Numbered from the stretch's first letter, positions 11,701 to 19,435 are shown. The stretch is DNA of 64,000 nt from Candidatus Saccharibacteria bacterium UBA4387 (GCA_002391075.1 DGRN01000010.1:20738-84737); one strand, 5' to 3'. Program-made: numbers and translations. Notes: generated by a model not told the origin, from the letters alone.

Positions 11701-11774
11701 CTTGTCACCGCAATCACCGCCGCAACAACAAAAATGCGTTTCAAAAACCTTGATCTCCCAAAAACTCCTAACAT
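5778..11774 (-). CDS. Giant cell-surface adhesin (1998 aa): signal peptide, about 1080-aa N-terminal region, CnaB-like domain array, acidic DGSDG linker, sorting signal
   Basis: AAGGAGG lies 4 nt before ATG 11774. The N-terminal signal is FLKRIFVVAAVIAVTSVSAVA. Repeated K-x-W-x-D-x-[DN]N-x(3)-RP-x-S units are the hallmark of Cna protein B-type domains. The C-terminus is EVPNTADG + hydrophobic helix + RRRRR. Confidence 0.9.
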   Translation of the reverse strand: MLGVFGRSRFLKRIFVVAAVIAVTSVSAVAIINAKNETHAEAEVSPDVWKLSTSWVDLEGNTSKSETWSIDADTTSAQERTFTLQVNYKAEVVDKDYAPGDLKITVKEPFSGNSNELYGTKFTDEVFGDKYLNSLSVVSTAYAAEKKGATPSENPKDWEYKCESGVTDIVNGSQAPTCYFWNRNTIPAGMSVDGAIQLAYRVKSYEKNSLYPPFFLENANFTYDKSVGATLNDSIESSDNATVHYNRSYNFEWTKDRYSVYVSPKKINSYEGLGSDADNYTWVHYVYYGDSRDTFVNYMPNNYNPETSTYSEYSNYRDYQKIPVKSWYWRDALSPDVKVLDANKNQMSRDANGYYIVSDAGYISGNTSDVCMTAYWTCREIFVGYPKNKYNESLGKNEVKDTVYSRGVYFRETNESELAENVATVDLSNFKLEYKGNDVGVFKKVDTSTPVINGGAIKSDSGGSVLFDISSQVMNTNGEKYDLVIGDDILYYEDITDGVKKKLNEDDYYFDRITSPNHMVGANGALFYCRENSVNTYSAEVYYRLRGENEYKRLDLDDYYSSACWSDVWSFTKSDELKGNVVGWRVVIKGMDRDIKDYTLKTTVTLKSQNLPENGKVYNFSYTEMDRNGVIVNVPELESYAEGVTRDKIAPYDLATYGHYQQRWVAEKEWEGYVLGNIIRKPDPSIYNYSKPVFDNSSDGFVGVAEATLLTIEYSTDGEKNPKLFTAQMKDEDFISRIYGEFMMPKGVTLLSTKEEIFDSIDVNWSTYWTEQAFDKNGEHLFSSGDEAEEFIKNHATVKIVKNWHNTGQDWVQIEVDFSEKPYTRLNQHDRYRSDEFRFFIKYKIPYEKYVENPDATYQFRTYQVLRNPSCYIEGGNCGYKDTDDYNDNGDTTEAQDWEAMDITPLMAQAAEQSLKEMVDTDQTVDFTTNDSYVTAGGNYEYKLTARTGMSRATNIVTYSNIEMAYEDNDHWQGTFDGVDLTYANGRKDYNGKNIKVKVYYSTKNNAGSLGSDNSWREYIEGTTNKSQVKSLAFEYLTTDGGKATLNTNDYIYTIIKMKAPTTGGRGTFAYSAFRSEWNGFDADTGAPLPGVIGVRSNTTRVAIDHPLKIRVIKQWVDLDNKFSTRPATVTPQLKKGTSVIDGTKVISATSGNTQTIEYVDLHEYYKDDYDVVISRIATADGRSSYNTQLVSRVEEQDLITYTFKSELATDKIKVRKVWIDNDNKYNTRPNTLAFDLMKQTTSAEKYNMTIDKTVNSQEYEYAEFPKYMFGDFNVTMTPNPITHYSTVLTKSDNNHTYTFTSTLSDRIDIKVKHIWIDANNVRKFRPSSQQYTLKKTGSSSQSKTINFGTDGTVTEFSETYSNLPLLNSDKYYMDDKNINHYQTVLSYDERTRTFIYTSTLIDDLDIKVKHIWIDDNNSRKFRPSSQRYTLYDANGSNQYKTINFGTDGTVTEFNEEFKNLNRLREADYSMQDLNINHYETTLRYEPSTKTYIYTSTLVDDLDIRVKHIWIDDNDSRGLRPDSQTYTLKNSGGNDLKKTIDFGDDGSVTEFNDAFLNLDRRKEANFSMENLDIEHYETTLRYEPSSKTYIYTSTLVDDLDIHVKQVWEDYDNHYGLRPDITSYTLMKKDDEVDTKSLNIRDGESATDYINLHRPDKEDYDVPMIDVPHYTTTVEVTDEDDGSVTYTFTSKLDVETIKVVHVWDDDDDVLGVRPEKTDYKLIWTDREECAEAEEETEEECEGEACEATDGDDGSDGDVTGADGSDGSDGDATGADGGDGSDAGNADGSDAEDGEEPEGDVVVCEDGGLVEATHELSSDEDPEEFEFIEVPSAIIDEFNVKMDEIDPYTTTVEYDEETHTFTFTSVLRNITIHVVNIWKDNNDELGRRPGSLDFELLLDGEKERGNRITTENETEKFDFAPLFEYLKDNYRVVLAKDVDGYTTVVEFDPETMTFTFIHEIIPDPEVPNTADGIVGKIAGLAGAGVLGFGMMMFLARRRRR
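5900..8520 (-). repeat. Tandem array of about 10 CnaB-like domain repeats (about 95-97 aa each) inside the adhesin gene
   Basis: The three most similar units are in a 291-nt register (ATATCCAAATC at 6973, 7264, 7555). An acidic Asp/Gly/Ser low-complexity insert lies at about 6380-6560. Confidence 0.8.
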
Positions 11775-11838
11775 TGAACCTCCTTATGCCTACATAATAG
11801 CATAAGCTCAATATTTTGAACAATACATTTATTCAAAC

Positions 11839-11888
11839 GTTGTAATTATTACAACAAAAAGCAAATCATTGTTGTAACTTTTACAACA
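11839..11888. repeat. Two phased copies of the palindrome TGTTGTAA-N3-TTACAACA
   Basis: GTTGTAA-tta-TTACAAC (11839-11855) and TGTTGTAA-ctt-TTACAACA (11870-11888). Both are perfect and their centres are 32 bp apart. They lie between the cysS 3' end and the adhesin start. Confidence 0.85.
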
Positions 11889-11908
11889 TTTACCAGTTAT
11901 CCGGCACC

Positions 11909-11932
11909 AAAAAGTCCCGCCATCACGGGGAC
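11909..11932 (-). terminator. Probable cysS terminator
   Basis: On the minus strand, GTCCCCG-tgatgg-CGGGAC (one bulge) is followed by TTTTT. Confidence 0.45.
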
Positions 11933-11937
11933 TCCTC

Positions 11938-13293
11938 TTATTTATATTGCCAAATCGGCCCCGCCGCCGTATCAAGCACCTCAATCCCCTCTCGTTCTAT
12001 CTCGTCGCGCAACCTATCGGCCAATCCGTAATCTTTCATTTCTTTTGCCTTCACGCGCGTCGCAATCTTTTCCTTCAACTCATCCGAAATATCAGGCGTC
12101 GTTTCCACAATCCGCAGCCCAAAAACCGCATCCAAAAAATCCAGAAATTCTTCATTCGGCGCACCATCACCTATCGCCTGATCTAACACCGCCAAAGCCC
12201 CCGCCGAATTCATATTATTATTCAGATTCGCCATCATCTCGTCGCGCGTCGCCGCAAAATCCATCGCCTCTCGCTGCCACCGCAAAGCCGCAAAATTCCG
12301 ATAATTCCGCAAGCGCTGATGCGCCGCCCGCAAATCCGCAAAACTAAAATTCCGATTCGCCTGATAATGCCCCTGAAAAATCCACAACTTATAATCCTCA
12401 CGCGAAAATCCGCGCTCTTCCAAATCGCTAAAATAATACACATTCCCCAACGATTTCGAAATCTTCTCCCCATCAATCGTAATATGATTACAATGCACCC
12501 AATAATTGCACATCTTCCCACCAAACGCCGACTCTGTCTGCGCAATCTCGTTCGTGTGATGTACCGGCACATGATCTACGCCGCCAGTATGAATATCGAA
12601 CGGCTCACCCAACTGCGCGTGCGCAATCGCCGAACACTCCAAATGCCACCCCGGATACCCCATGCGCCCGCGATACTCCCATTGCATCGCATGGTCCTCA
12701 CCTTCCCGAATCCATTTCCACACCGCGAAATCCGACACGTTGCGTTTCTCTTCGCTGAAACCGACACGCGCCCCCGCCCGCAAATTCTCCAAATCCAATC
12801 GCGCAAAATCCGCATAACTCGCAAACTTCGACGTATCAAAATACAATCCGTCCGTCGTGTCATACAAAAAGCCTTTTTCATCAAGCAAATCAACAATCTT
12901 CTTCTGCTCTTCAATATAATCCGTCGCCCTACAAATCGCTTCCGGCTCCACTAAATTCAGCGCCCGAAAATCTTCCAAAAACGCATCCATATATTTCTGC
13001 GCCACCTCCCACACTGTCTTGCCTTCACGACGCGCACCTTTTTCCATCTTGTCTTCCCCCTCATCCGCGTCCGAAGTCAAATGCCCTACGTCAGTGATAT
13101 TCATCACGCGCTTCACGCCGTAGCCATTCTGCTTCAAAATTCGCACCAGCAAATCCCAGTAAACATAGGCCGCAAAATTCCCTATATGCGCAAAACTATA
13201 CACCGTCGGCCCACAAGTATAAATCTTCACCTGCTCAGGATTGATCGGCTTAAACTCTTCCACCTCGTGGTTCATGGTATTGTATAGTTTCAT
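11938..13293 (-). CDS. cysS: Cysteine--tRNA ligase
   Basis: Start re-picked at MKLYNTMNHEV. YTCGPTVYSFAHIGN (HIGH motif) and KISKSLGN (KMSKS motif). TATAAT lies 9 nt upstream of the ATG. Confidence 0.92.
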   Translation of the reverse strand: MKLYNTMNHEVEEFKPINPEQVKIYTCGPTVYSFAHIGNFAAYVYWDLLVRILKQNGYGVKRVMNITDVGHLTSDADEGEDKMEKGARREGKTVWEVAQKYMDAFLEDFRALNLVEPEAICRATDYIEEQKKIVDLLDEKGFLYDTTDGLYFDTSKFASYADFARLDLENLRAGARVGFSEEKRNVSDFAVWKWIREGEDHAMQWEYRGRMGYPGWHLECSAIAHAQLGEPFDIHTGGVDHVPVHHTNEIAQTESAFGGKMCNYWVHCNHITIDGEKISKSLGNVYYFSDLEERGFSREDYKLWIFQGHYQANRNFSFADLRAAHQRLRNYRNFAALRWQREAMDFAATRDEMMANLNNNMNSAGALAVLDQAIGDGAPNEEFLDFLDAVFGLRIVETTPDISDELKEKIATRVKAKEMKDYGLADRLRDEIEREGIEVLDTAAGPIWQYK

Positions 13294-13343
13294 AATACCT
13301 ATATTATACCATCTTCGCCGACGCCTTAATTCAGGCGCCAACG

Positions 13344-14822
13344 CTATTTGTCTTGATGTTTCTGACCTGTCGGCGTATCTTGCGGAGTCGAGCCAATCAT
13401 CCGGCCAATCCCCATATAATTCGCCATCTTCTCCCCCATCAGCTCCTTACCATTCCGCGCCACAGCTCCCTTAATCGCAGAATCATTTTGATCCGCAATC
13501 CGCGAATTACGCAAACGCTTGCGATGCTCGCGCAAATTATCCACTTCGCGCAAATTTGACATCTCCGCCTTCGTTTCGCGCTCATGCCCATGCCGCGCAG
13601 ACGCATTACGATAGCGATTATATTTCAACCAATAGAAGATAAAACCAGGCGTCAAACCAAATAAGCCTAGCCACGCCGGATTATCGTCATCGACATCCCT
13701 CACAATCCAATACTTAAACCACCAAAACCCAATCACGAGGCCCACAATCTCAATCAACACCGAAATCGCCATCAAGCGCGACTTATTAATCGGCACGCTC
13801 CCCATCGTCTCGCCAGTCCGCGCATTTACCGCCACATAATGCAGCAGCTTCCGCCCATTCTTCACTTCCAAATAGCTATAAAGCCAAACCGGCAAATACG
13901 CCGTCCGCCACTTCAGCCCCTTATCCTCAAACTTCTCCACATCCCAGTGCGCCCCGCGATCATATTGCTTTATTGTCGTTTTCGCCTGATAGCGCAACAC
14001 ATCGCCTGCCTGCGCAAACATCAACTGCCTCAAATCACCAACGTTCACGTCGCGTTTCTCGCTAGTATATCCACGCAAATATCGCGGATCCCACGCCACC
14101 GCATTTTCCGTATCAAACGGCATAATCGCATTAATCACATTCTTCGTATCTGCGCGCAAATCCTGCGACAACTTGTCCATCGACGCCTCAATCGTCAAAT
14201 CATCAATCTCCGAATCGAACTCACGCTCCACATCGTACGCGTCCGCATCGTAATACGTCGTCTTATTAATCCGATACGAACGCACTTTGCGCTCAGCCAC
14301 ACCCTTAAACTGCGCATGCGCATTCACATCCACCACAAAATACGGAAAATACACGCCCAAAACATTCTCGGTCGAAAACTCCTTCTTGAACTGCGGATGC
14401 GCAAAAAACTTCCGTGCCTCCACAAAATTGCGAATATTCGACTCTGCTTTCGCTTTCTCATACTGAAACGGCAACACAAAATCCGGCACCGCCCCATTCT
14501 TCAACTTCTCATTAATCGACAGCACATTCCGGCACCAGTGACACTTCGCCGTCTGCACCTCATCCGCATTAATCACCACCTCAGAGCCGCACGAGCTACA
14601 CTTCAGCGTCAAGACAATCTTTTCATTCGGAATAATATCCTCCGCACCTTCGCCAATCGATTCCCCGCTCAGCTCCTTGACGCCACCAGCCTTGTTGGCA
14701 GTTTCCGCCTTAAAAACCGTCCGACAATATTCGCATTTCAAATTGCCAGTCGTGCCATCCGGCATAATGTCCGATGCGCCGCAATTCGGACACCTAATAA
14801 TTCCATTTTTTGTTTCTGCCAT
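13344..14822 (-). CDS. Double zinc-ribbon membrane protein (YdjG-like), 492 aa
   Basis: CPNCG...CEYC and CSSCG...CHWC ribbons, a conserved middle region, and a TM hairpin (ISVLIEIVGLVIGFWWFKYW; WLGLFGLTPGFIFYWL). AGGAGG lies 7 nt before the ATG. Paralogue of the next gene. Confidence 0.75.
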   Translation of the reverse strand: MAETKNGIIRCPNCGASDIMPDGTTGNLKCEYCRTVFKAETANKAGGVKELSGESIGEGAEDIIPNEKIVLTLKCSSCGSEVVINADEVQTAKCHWCRNVLSINEKLKNGAVPDFVLPFQYEKAKAESNIRNFVEARKFFAHPQFKKEFSTENVLGVYFPYFVVDVNAHAQFKGVAERKVRSYRINKTTYYDADAYDVEREFDSEIDDLTIEASMDKLSQDLRADTKNVINAIMPFDTENAVAWDPRYLRGYTSEKRDVNVGDLRQLMFAQAGDVLRYQAKTTIKQYDRGAHWDVEKFEDKGLKWRTAYLPVWLYSYLEVKNGRKLLHYVAVNARTGETMGSVPINKSRLMAISVLIEIVGLVIGFWWFKYWIVRDVDDDNPAWLGLFGLTPGFIFYWLKYNRYRNASARHGHERETKAEMSNLREVDNLREHRKRLRNSRIADQNDSAIKGAVARNGKELMGEKMANYMGIGRMIGSTPQDTPTGQKHQDK

Positions 14823-14833
14823 CTCCCTACCTC

Positions 14834-16684
14834 CTAATAATCATAGCTATAATCAAATCCGTCGTCATAATCATAGTCGTAACTCGACCCCGAATCATAG
14901 TCATAATCGTAATCATAGTCATAACTCGACCCCGAATCGTAATCATAATCGTAGTCGTAGTCATAATCGTAACTAGAATAACCCGAGTCATAACTACTCG
15001 ACGATGTCCGATAACTTCCGCCACTGGTGCCACCCATTATCGCCATCAAAATCACCAGTATAAAACATATGAACACAATCGTACCGACGAAATTACCACG
15101 ATTCCGCACTCTACTACTTTGCTTTACGGTCGGCCGCACATATCTATTCTTCATTCCGCTCGCCAAGCTTGCCACGTGCGAATAATTTCCGCCCATCGCA
15201 AACCTGCCGCGCTCGCTCAAATTCATCGAGTTGCGTCCCGACGACAGCGAACCAATCGCCCGCGCATCGTTCCGCCCACTAATCTCCGATGTCCACACAC
15301 CATTACGCGAAACGACAAAACGGTCGCTCTTCTTCATATTCTCGATGTGGCTCTCAGTCTCATTTTCGTGCGTATGCCGCTCCGCCCCACCACTCGAACG
15401 CAAAACCGTTTTAGGATAATTTATCTTATACTTTTTCGAAAGCCCACACATCACCATTCCAAACACCCAAATCGGCAGCGAAATCGACGCATACATAATC
15501 ACCAACACGCTCAAAACGGTATGCTTGCCCGCAATCGCCACCACCATCAGCACGATTACCGCAATACAAGAAATCACGAACGCTCGCACAGTCGACTCTA
15601 GTAGCGATTTCTCTTTGTTCTTTTCGGCATTTCCGAGCGGAATATCGCCAACCACCTCACCGGTCCGGCCGTTCATCGCCACATAATAAATCCGCTTATC
15701 ACCCGTCTCTTCCGGCCGCCTGTAGCTAAAAATCCAAACCGGCAAATACGCCGAGCGCCATTTCGTCCCTTTAATCCCCAGATGCTCACGATGCCAATGC
15801 AAACCGCGGTCATATTCCGCAATCGACTCTCGCATTTTCTGCCGCCCAACATCACCCGCCTGCAAAGCCACAACTTCCTTCACCGCCCTCCGGTTCGCGT
15901 CACGTTTCTCACTCGAAAAACCGCGCAAATAGCTCGGGTCCCACGCTACCGCATTCTCCGTATCGAACGGCAAAATCGCATTAATCACATTGTTCGAGTT
16001 TACGAAAGTATCCTGATTTAATCTATTTGTTGAGGACTCAACCGTCAAATCATCAACAAATAAATCAAACTCACGCTTCACCTCATAAGTATCCACCTTA
16101 AACGGCGGATTCTTACTTCCAGACGCCGTCTTTTCACCGTCGCCAAACGCCGTATAGACCGCCCGCACATCCACCACGAAATATGGAAAATAAACACCCT
16201 TCACATGTTCCGGCGTAAAATCACTCTTAAATTCCAGGTTCGCATTACTATACTCAGCGATATACTTTCGCATCCGCTCCACCGCCTCATCGTGCGGAAT
16301 CGAAAACGGCAACACAAAATCCGGCACCGCCCCATTCGGAATCTTATTCTCCAATGTCAGCACATGCCTACACCAGTGGCAATCAACCTGCAAATTCTCG
16401 CTTGCATTAACCACTGCCTCGGCCCCGCAAGACGGGCACTTCAGCGTAATAATGACATCTTCGCTCGGAACGATATCTTCCGCGCCCGCGTCAACTTTTT
16501 CACCATTCAAGGACTCCACGCCACCAAACGCATTATTTTTTTGAGGCTCAAAAACATGCCTACAATAATTGCATTTGAGTTTTCCCTGCGTAGCATCCAA
16601 AGACACGTCGCTAGCCCCACAATTGGGGCAGCGACGTAATTCTACTTCTACTTGCGCATCCGATTCTGGCTTCTTTTTTGCCAT
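14834..16684 (-). CDS. Double zinc-ribbon membrane protein paralogue with Tyr-Asp repeat tail, 616 aa
   Basis: Same architecture and many identical blocks (NGAVPDFVLPF, GVYFPYFVVDV, PFDTENAVAWDP, YLPVW). It has extra TM segments and a C-terminal YDYDYD tail. Confidence 0.75.
   Translation of the reverse strand: MAKKKPESDAQVEVELRRCPNCGASDVSLDATQGKLKCNYCRHVFEPQKNNAFGGVESLNGEKVDAGAEDIVPSEDVIITLKCPSCGAEAVVNASENLQVDCHWCRHVLTLENKIPNGAVPDFVLPFSIPHDEAVERMRKYIAEYSNANLEFKSDFTPEHVKGVYFPYFVVDVRAVYTAFGDGEKTASGSKNPPFKVDTYEVKREFDLFVDDLTVESSTNRLNQDTFVNSNNVINAILPFDTENAVAWDPSYLRGFSSEKRDANRRAVKEVVALQAGDVGRQKMRESIAEYDRGLHWHREHLGIKGTKWRSAYLPVWIFSYRRPEETGDKRIYYVAMNGRTGEVVGDIPLGNAEKNKEKSLLESTVRAFVISCIAVIVLMVVAIAGKHTVLSVLVIMYASISLPIWVFGMVMCGLSKKYKINYPKTVLRSSGGAERHTHENETESHIENMKKSDRFVVSRNGVWTSEISGRNDARAIGSLSSGRNSMNLSERGRFAMGGNYSHVASLASGMKNRYVRPTVKQSSRVRNRGNFVGTIVFICFILVILMAIMGGTSGGSYRTSSSSYDSGYSSYDYDYDYDYDYDSGSSYDYDYDYDYDSGSSYDYDYDDGFDYSYDY
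14837..15004 (-). repeat. Coding low-complexity repeat (YD dipeptides, SGSS spacers), 42-nt register
   Basis: aactcgaccccgaatc occurs at 14881 and 14923. It encodes ...SYDYDYDYDYDYDSGSSYDYDYDYDYDSGSSYDYDYDDGFDYSYDY. Confidence 0.85.
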
Positions 16685-16700
16685 CTATTGCGCTTTCCTT

Positions 16701-18011
16701 TTATTGAGCCGTCGGATCAATTCCGCTTGCACGCATTGCCGCCAAATCATCTTCCGACAATCCGCTCAAATCCTGAGCCGCTGGCGCTGCTGGCGCTTCA
16801 GGGGCTGGAGCTGGAGCGGCCGCTGGCGCTTCAGGAGCCGGTGCAGCCGGAGCGGCCGGAGCTGGAGCAACAGGAGCCGGCCCCGCTGGTGCTGCTGGAG
16901 CAGCCGGCATGCCACCAACTGGAGAAATCAAGCTACCAGTACCGCCCATCTGATTAATTGCCATACCGATACCAAACATACCTTGCGCACCGCCATTTTC
17001 GCCGGCTGCCTTAAAGCCTTGCGCAATCGTAGCCTGCGAGTAAGCCGCACCAACGCGACCGCCGTCCGCAGCCAAAGCCTCGCCAATTGCACCCATCGAT
17101 TCGGCCTGCGCCTGACCTTCGAGCGCGGTTTCGTTGAACTTGTCGATTTTCTCGAGCGAAGCCTGATCCCAGTCAAGGCCACGAGTCTCGATCGAAATAA
17201 TGGACAAACCGTAAAGCGTAGCCCAGTGGAAGCCCTGCTCGACCGACGTATTCATATTCAATACGAAATCCTGCATGCCAGCTTGGATGTCATCAATGCT
17301 CTTACCGCCTCTCGAATACTGCGAAAGTGCCGCACCAATCGAACCAACAAAGCCCGAGAATAACGATTCTTCGACTGGTTGACCGTTCACGCCCATATCT
17401 TTCATGGTATAAACCTTCTTCGAAGTCTGACCAGTAAAGAAGCTCGGATCAACCATATTCTTAACCGCCAAAATTGGATCAACAATCTTCACCGTATAAG
17501 TACCGTTGCAGGTTACCGCCAAGTGAATATTGCGATAACGCGCATCCTGATAGCGAATCGGATTCGTCGTACCGAACTTCAAACCAGCGATTGGACGCAA
17601 GTTAACATAGAACGCCAACTGCTTATTGCTCGGCTGACCACCATACTTAAACTGTTGCCAGCTCTGACCAAACGTCGACGCAAAGAAACCGTCGCCAGCA
17701 AACAAGCTACGAGCTTCCGGCACATTCTCTGTCGTGTAGGTATAACGGCCAGCTTCAGCGATCACTGCCGTAATGCCACCATTTTCAATCAAAACTAACG
17801 CCGTATTCTCTGGCACCTCAAAATTACTGCCATCAGAAATAACATAAGCATCTTCCTGACCATCATTATTCGCACTGCCCTCTTTCTTCATTGGCACCGC
17901 GCGTGCAACAATAGTCTGCCCATCCATCTCAGCAGGTACAGTCATGTATTCTAGCCACTGATTCGCAAAACCAGCCTTGGCGCTATCGATTGCAGCTTTA
18001 ATAAAACCCAT
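16701..18011 (-). CDS. SPFH-domain / virion-core-like protein (COG4260, YdjI-like) with Pro/Ala-rich linker
   Basis: MGFIKAAID..., FGTTNPIRYQD and GTYTVKIVDP match my memory of the family. PAAPAAPAGPAPVAPAPAAPAAPAPEAPAAAPAPAPEAPAAPAA precedes a short C-terminal peptide. GAAGGAG SD. Confidence 0.7.
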   Translation of the reverse strand: MGFIKAAIDSAKAGFANQWLEYMTVPAEMDGQTIVARAVPMKKEGSANNDGQEDAYVISDGSNFEVPENTALVLIENGGITAVIAEAGRYTYTTENVPEARSLFAGDGFFASTFGQSWQQFKYGGQPSNKQLAFYVNLRPIAGLKFGTTNPIRYQDARYRNIHLAVTCNGTYTVKIVDPILAVKNMVDPSFFTGQTSKKVYTMKDMGVNGQPVEESLFSGFVGSIGAALSQYSRGGKSIDDIQAGMQDFVLNMNTSVEQGFHWATLYGLSIISIETRGLDWDQASLEKIDKFNETALEGQAQAESMGAIGEALAADGGRVGAAYSQATIAQGFKAAGENGGAQGMFGIGMAINQMGGTGSLISPVGGMPAAPAAPAGPAPVAPAPAAPAAPAPEAPAAAPAPAPEAPAAPAAQDLSGLSEDDLAAMRASGIDPTAQ

Positions 18012-18095
18012 CGAGTTCTCCTTCTTTAAATAATTTATTTTAGTATATATTTTTTCCGCCTCATCGTCAAAACACTAGCATTTTCTAAAAAACTA

Positions 18096-18123
18096 TTGAC
18101 ACGAAATATGCTCATGCTATAAT
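18096..18123 (+). promoter_or_regulatory. Consensus sigma70 promoter
   Basis: TTGACA (18096-18101), 16-nt spacer, TATAAT (18118-18123). The CDS follows at 18162 behind AAGGA. Confidence 0.7.
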
Positions 18124-18161
18124 AGAGTCACAAAAGGTCAAAATAAAAAAGGAATATCAAC

Positions 18162-19328
18162 ATGAAAAAACTAGGCATTTTCGCCGCGGCAATTTCCACC
18201 GCAGCGGCCGGAATTATCGCTCAATCTGCAAGCGCTATACCGGGCACTATCTATATAAAAGACGACAATCTCTACGAAGCACTCAAGACCAATGCAAGCT
18301 TCTACTTCATGCCTTACGGCAGCACAACATATACCAAATATACTCCAGGCTTCATCGACAAAGGTGGCGTTACGCCTATCTCCTCAGGAGAACCGTCCAG
18401 CTACGGCGCCATAGTCGACGAAATCATTCCAGATAAAATCGTCTTCGACTGCTCCAATGGCGACCCACTAGCAAACGTCGAGAGCCTCGACAGCCTCCTC
18501 GACATCAACCTCGACGAAGTTGGCGTATGTAGCGATACTGCCGCCACGGCCATCAGAACCGCATATGCCAACCTAGATCCTCAGCCAAGCACCAACCTGA
18601 ATGTTTTCGTCAACACAGGCTGTACACTCACAACCCGCTTCATCAACACTCAGGGCGAAAAACTTGCCGAAGACGATGTCTATGTCTCCAAGTGTGAAAA
18701 TATCCAACAAGACGAAGTTCATGAGATTAAAACCTTCGATAACGCCAAATACAAATTAGTTGCAGGTGATTTCATTGGCGAACCAAGCGCATTCGTCTAC
18801 TACCTCAACAACACGGAGGGCGAAAGCTCCAGGGCGGTCTTCCGAAGCAGCCAAGACACCGAAAACGACGAGGAGCTCTTCAGTGATTACTTCGACATGC
18901 AACCGATGGGCACCTGGAATGACCAAACCAACAAAACCATCATCTACACCTACGACCTAAACTTCAAGATTCCAACCGGTGATTACACCTACGAATCCGG
19001 CGAAAGCACCTCTTCGGCCGACGTCAAGCTCATCGACGCCAATGGCAACGAAACAGAATACACCCTCCAAGACGTCGAAGACATCGCCGAGGCTCTCATG
19101 GGCGACGAAGAAGCCTCAATCGAGGTTGTCAACGGCGACATCACGATCCGCATCAACGGCGTCAAATACCTCAGCGTCAAGCCAGCCACTACGCCAGAAG
19201 CAGCCCCAGAAGAAGAAACTCCGGCCAACCCAAACACCGCCGACAGCTTCTCCACTACTCTGGTTGTAACGCTTGCCGCCAGCGTCATGCTCGGCCTCGG
19301 CATCGCCACTAAGGCTCGCCGCCGCTAG
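18162..19328 (+). CDS. Secreted surface protein with C-terminal sorting signal (388 aa)
   Basis: Signal peptide MKKLGIFAAAISTAAAGIIAQSASA. The C-terminus is ANPNTADS + FSTTLVVTLAASVMLGLGIA + TKARRR. The middle segment TRFINTQGEKLAEDDVYV...YKLV is loosely MucBP-like. Confidence 0.8.
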   Translation: MKKLGIFAAAISTAAAGIIAQSASAIPGTIYIKDDNLYEALKTNASFYFMPYGSTTYTKYTPGFIDKGGVTPISSGEPSSYGAIVDEIIPDKIVFDCSNGDPLANVESLDSLLDINLDEVGVCSDTAATAIRTAYANLDPQPSTNLNVFVNTGCTLTTRFINTQGEKLAEDDVYVSKCENIQQDEVHEIKTFDNAKYKLVAGDFIGEPSAFVYYLNNTEGESSRAVFRSSQDTENDEELFSDYFDMQPMGTWNDQTNKTIIYTYDLNFKIPTGDYTYESGESTSSADVKLIDANGNETEYTLQDVEDIAEALMGDEEASIEVVNGDITIRINGVKYLSVKPATTPEAAPEEETPANPNTADSFSTTLVVTLAASVMLGLGIATKARRR

Positions 19329-19349
19329 TCTATAGCGCAAAGCAACAAA

Positions 19350-19379
19350 ATATCCCCAAGTCCCCTGGGGATATTTTTT
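19350..19379 (+). terminator. Rho-independent terminator
   Basis: ATATCCCCA-agtcccc-TGGGGATAT followed by TTTTTT. Confidence 0.8.
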
Positions 19380-19394
19380 GCCCTTCCCCACCAT

Positions 19395-19422
19395 CAAAAA
19401 ATCGCCCCGTCTCCAGGGCGAT
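19395..19422 (-). terminator. Rho-independent terminator of ppa
   Basis: Minus strand ATCGCCC-tggagacg-GGGCGAT followed by TTTTTT. Confidence 0.75.
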
Positions 19423-19435
19423 CTCCAAGCTAATC

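Noticed and set aside
16750-16900. The GCTGG/GGAGC-rich tandem-looking DNA, considered as a possible independent repeat element.
   Set aside because: It is the coding sequence of the Pro/Ala linker of the SPFH protein (PAAPAAPAGPAPVAPAPAAPAAPAPEAPAAAPAPAPEAPAAPAA). This is compositional repetition within a CDS.
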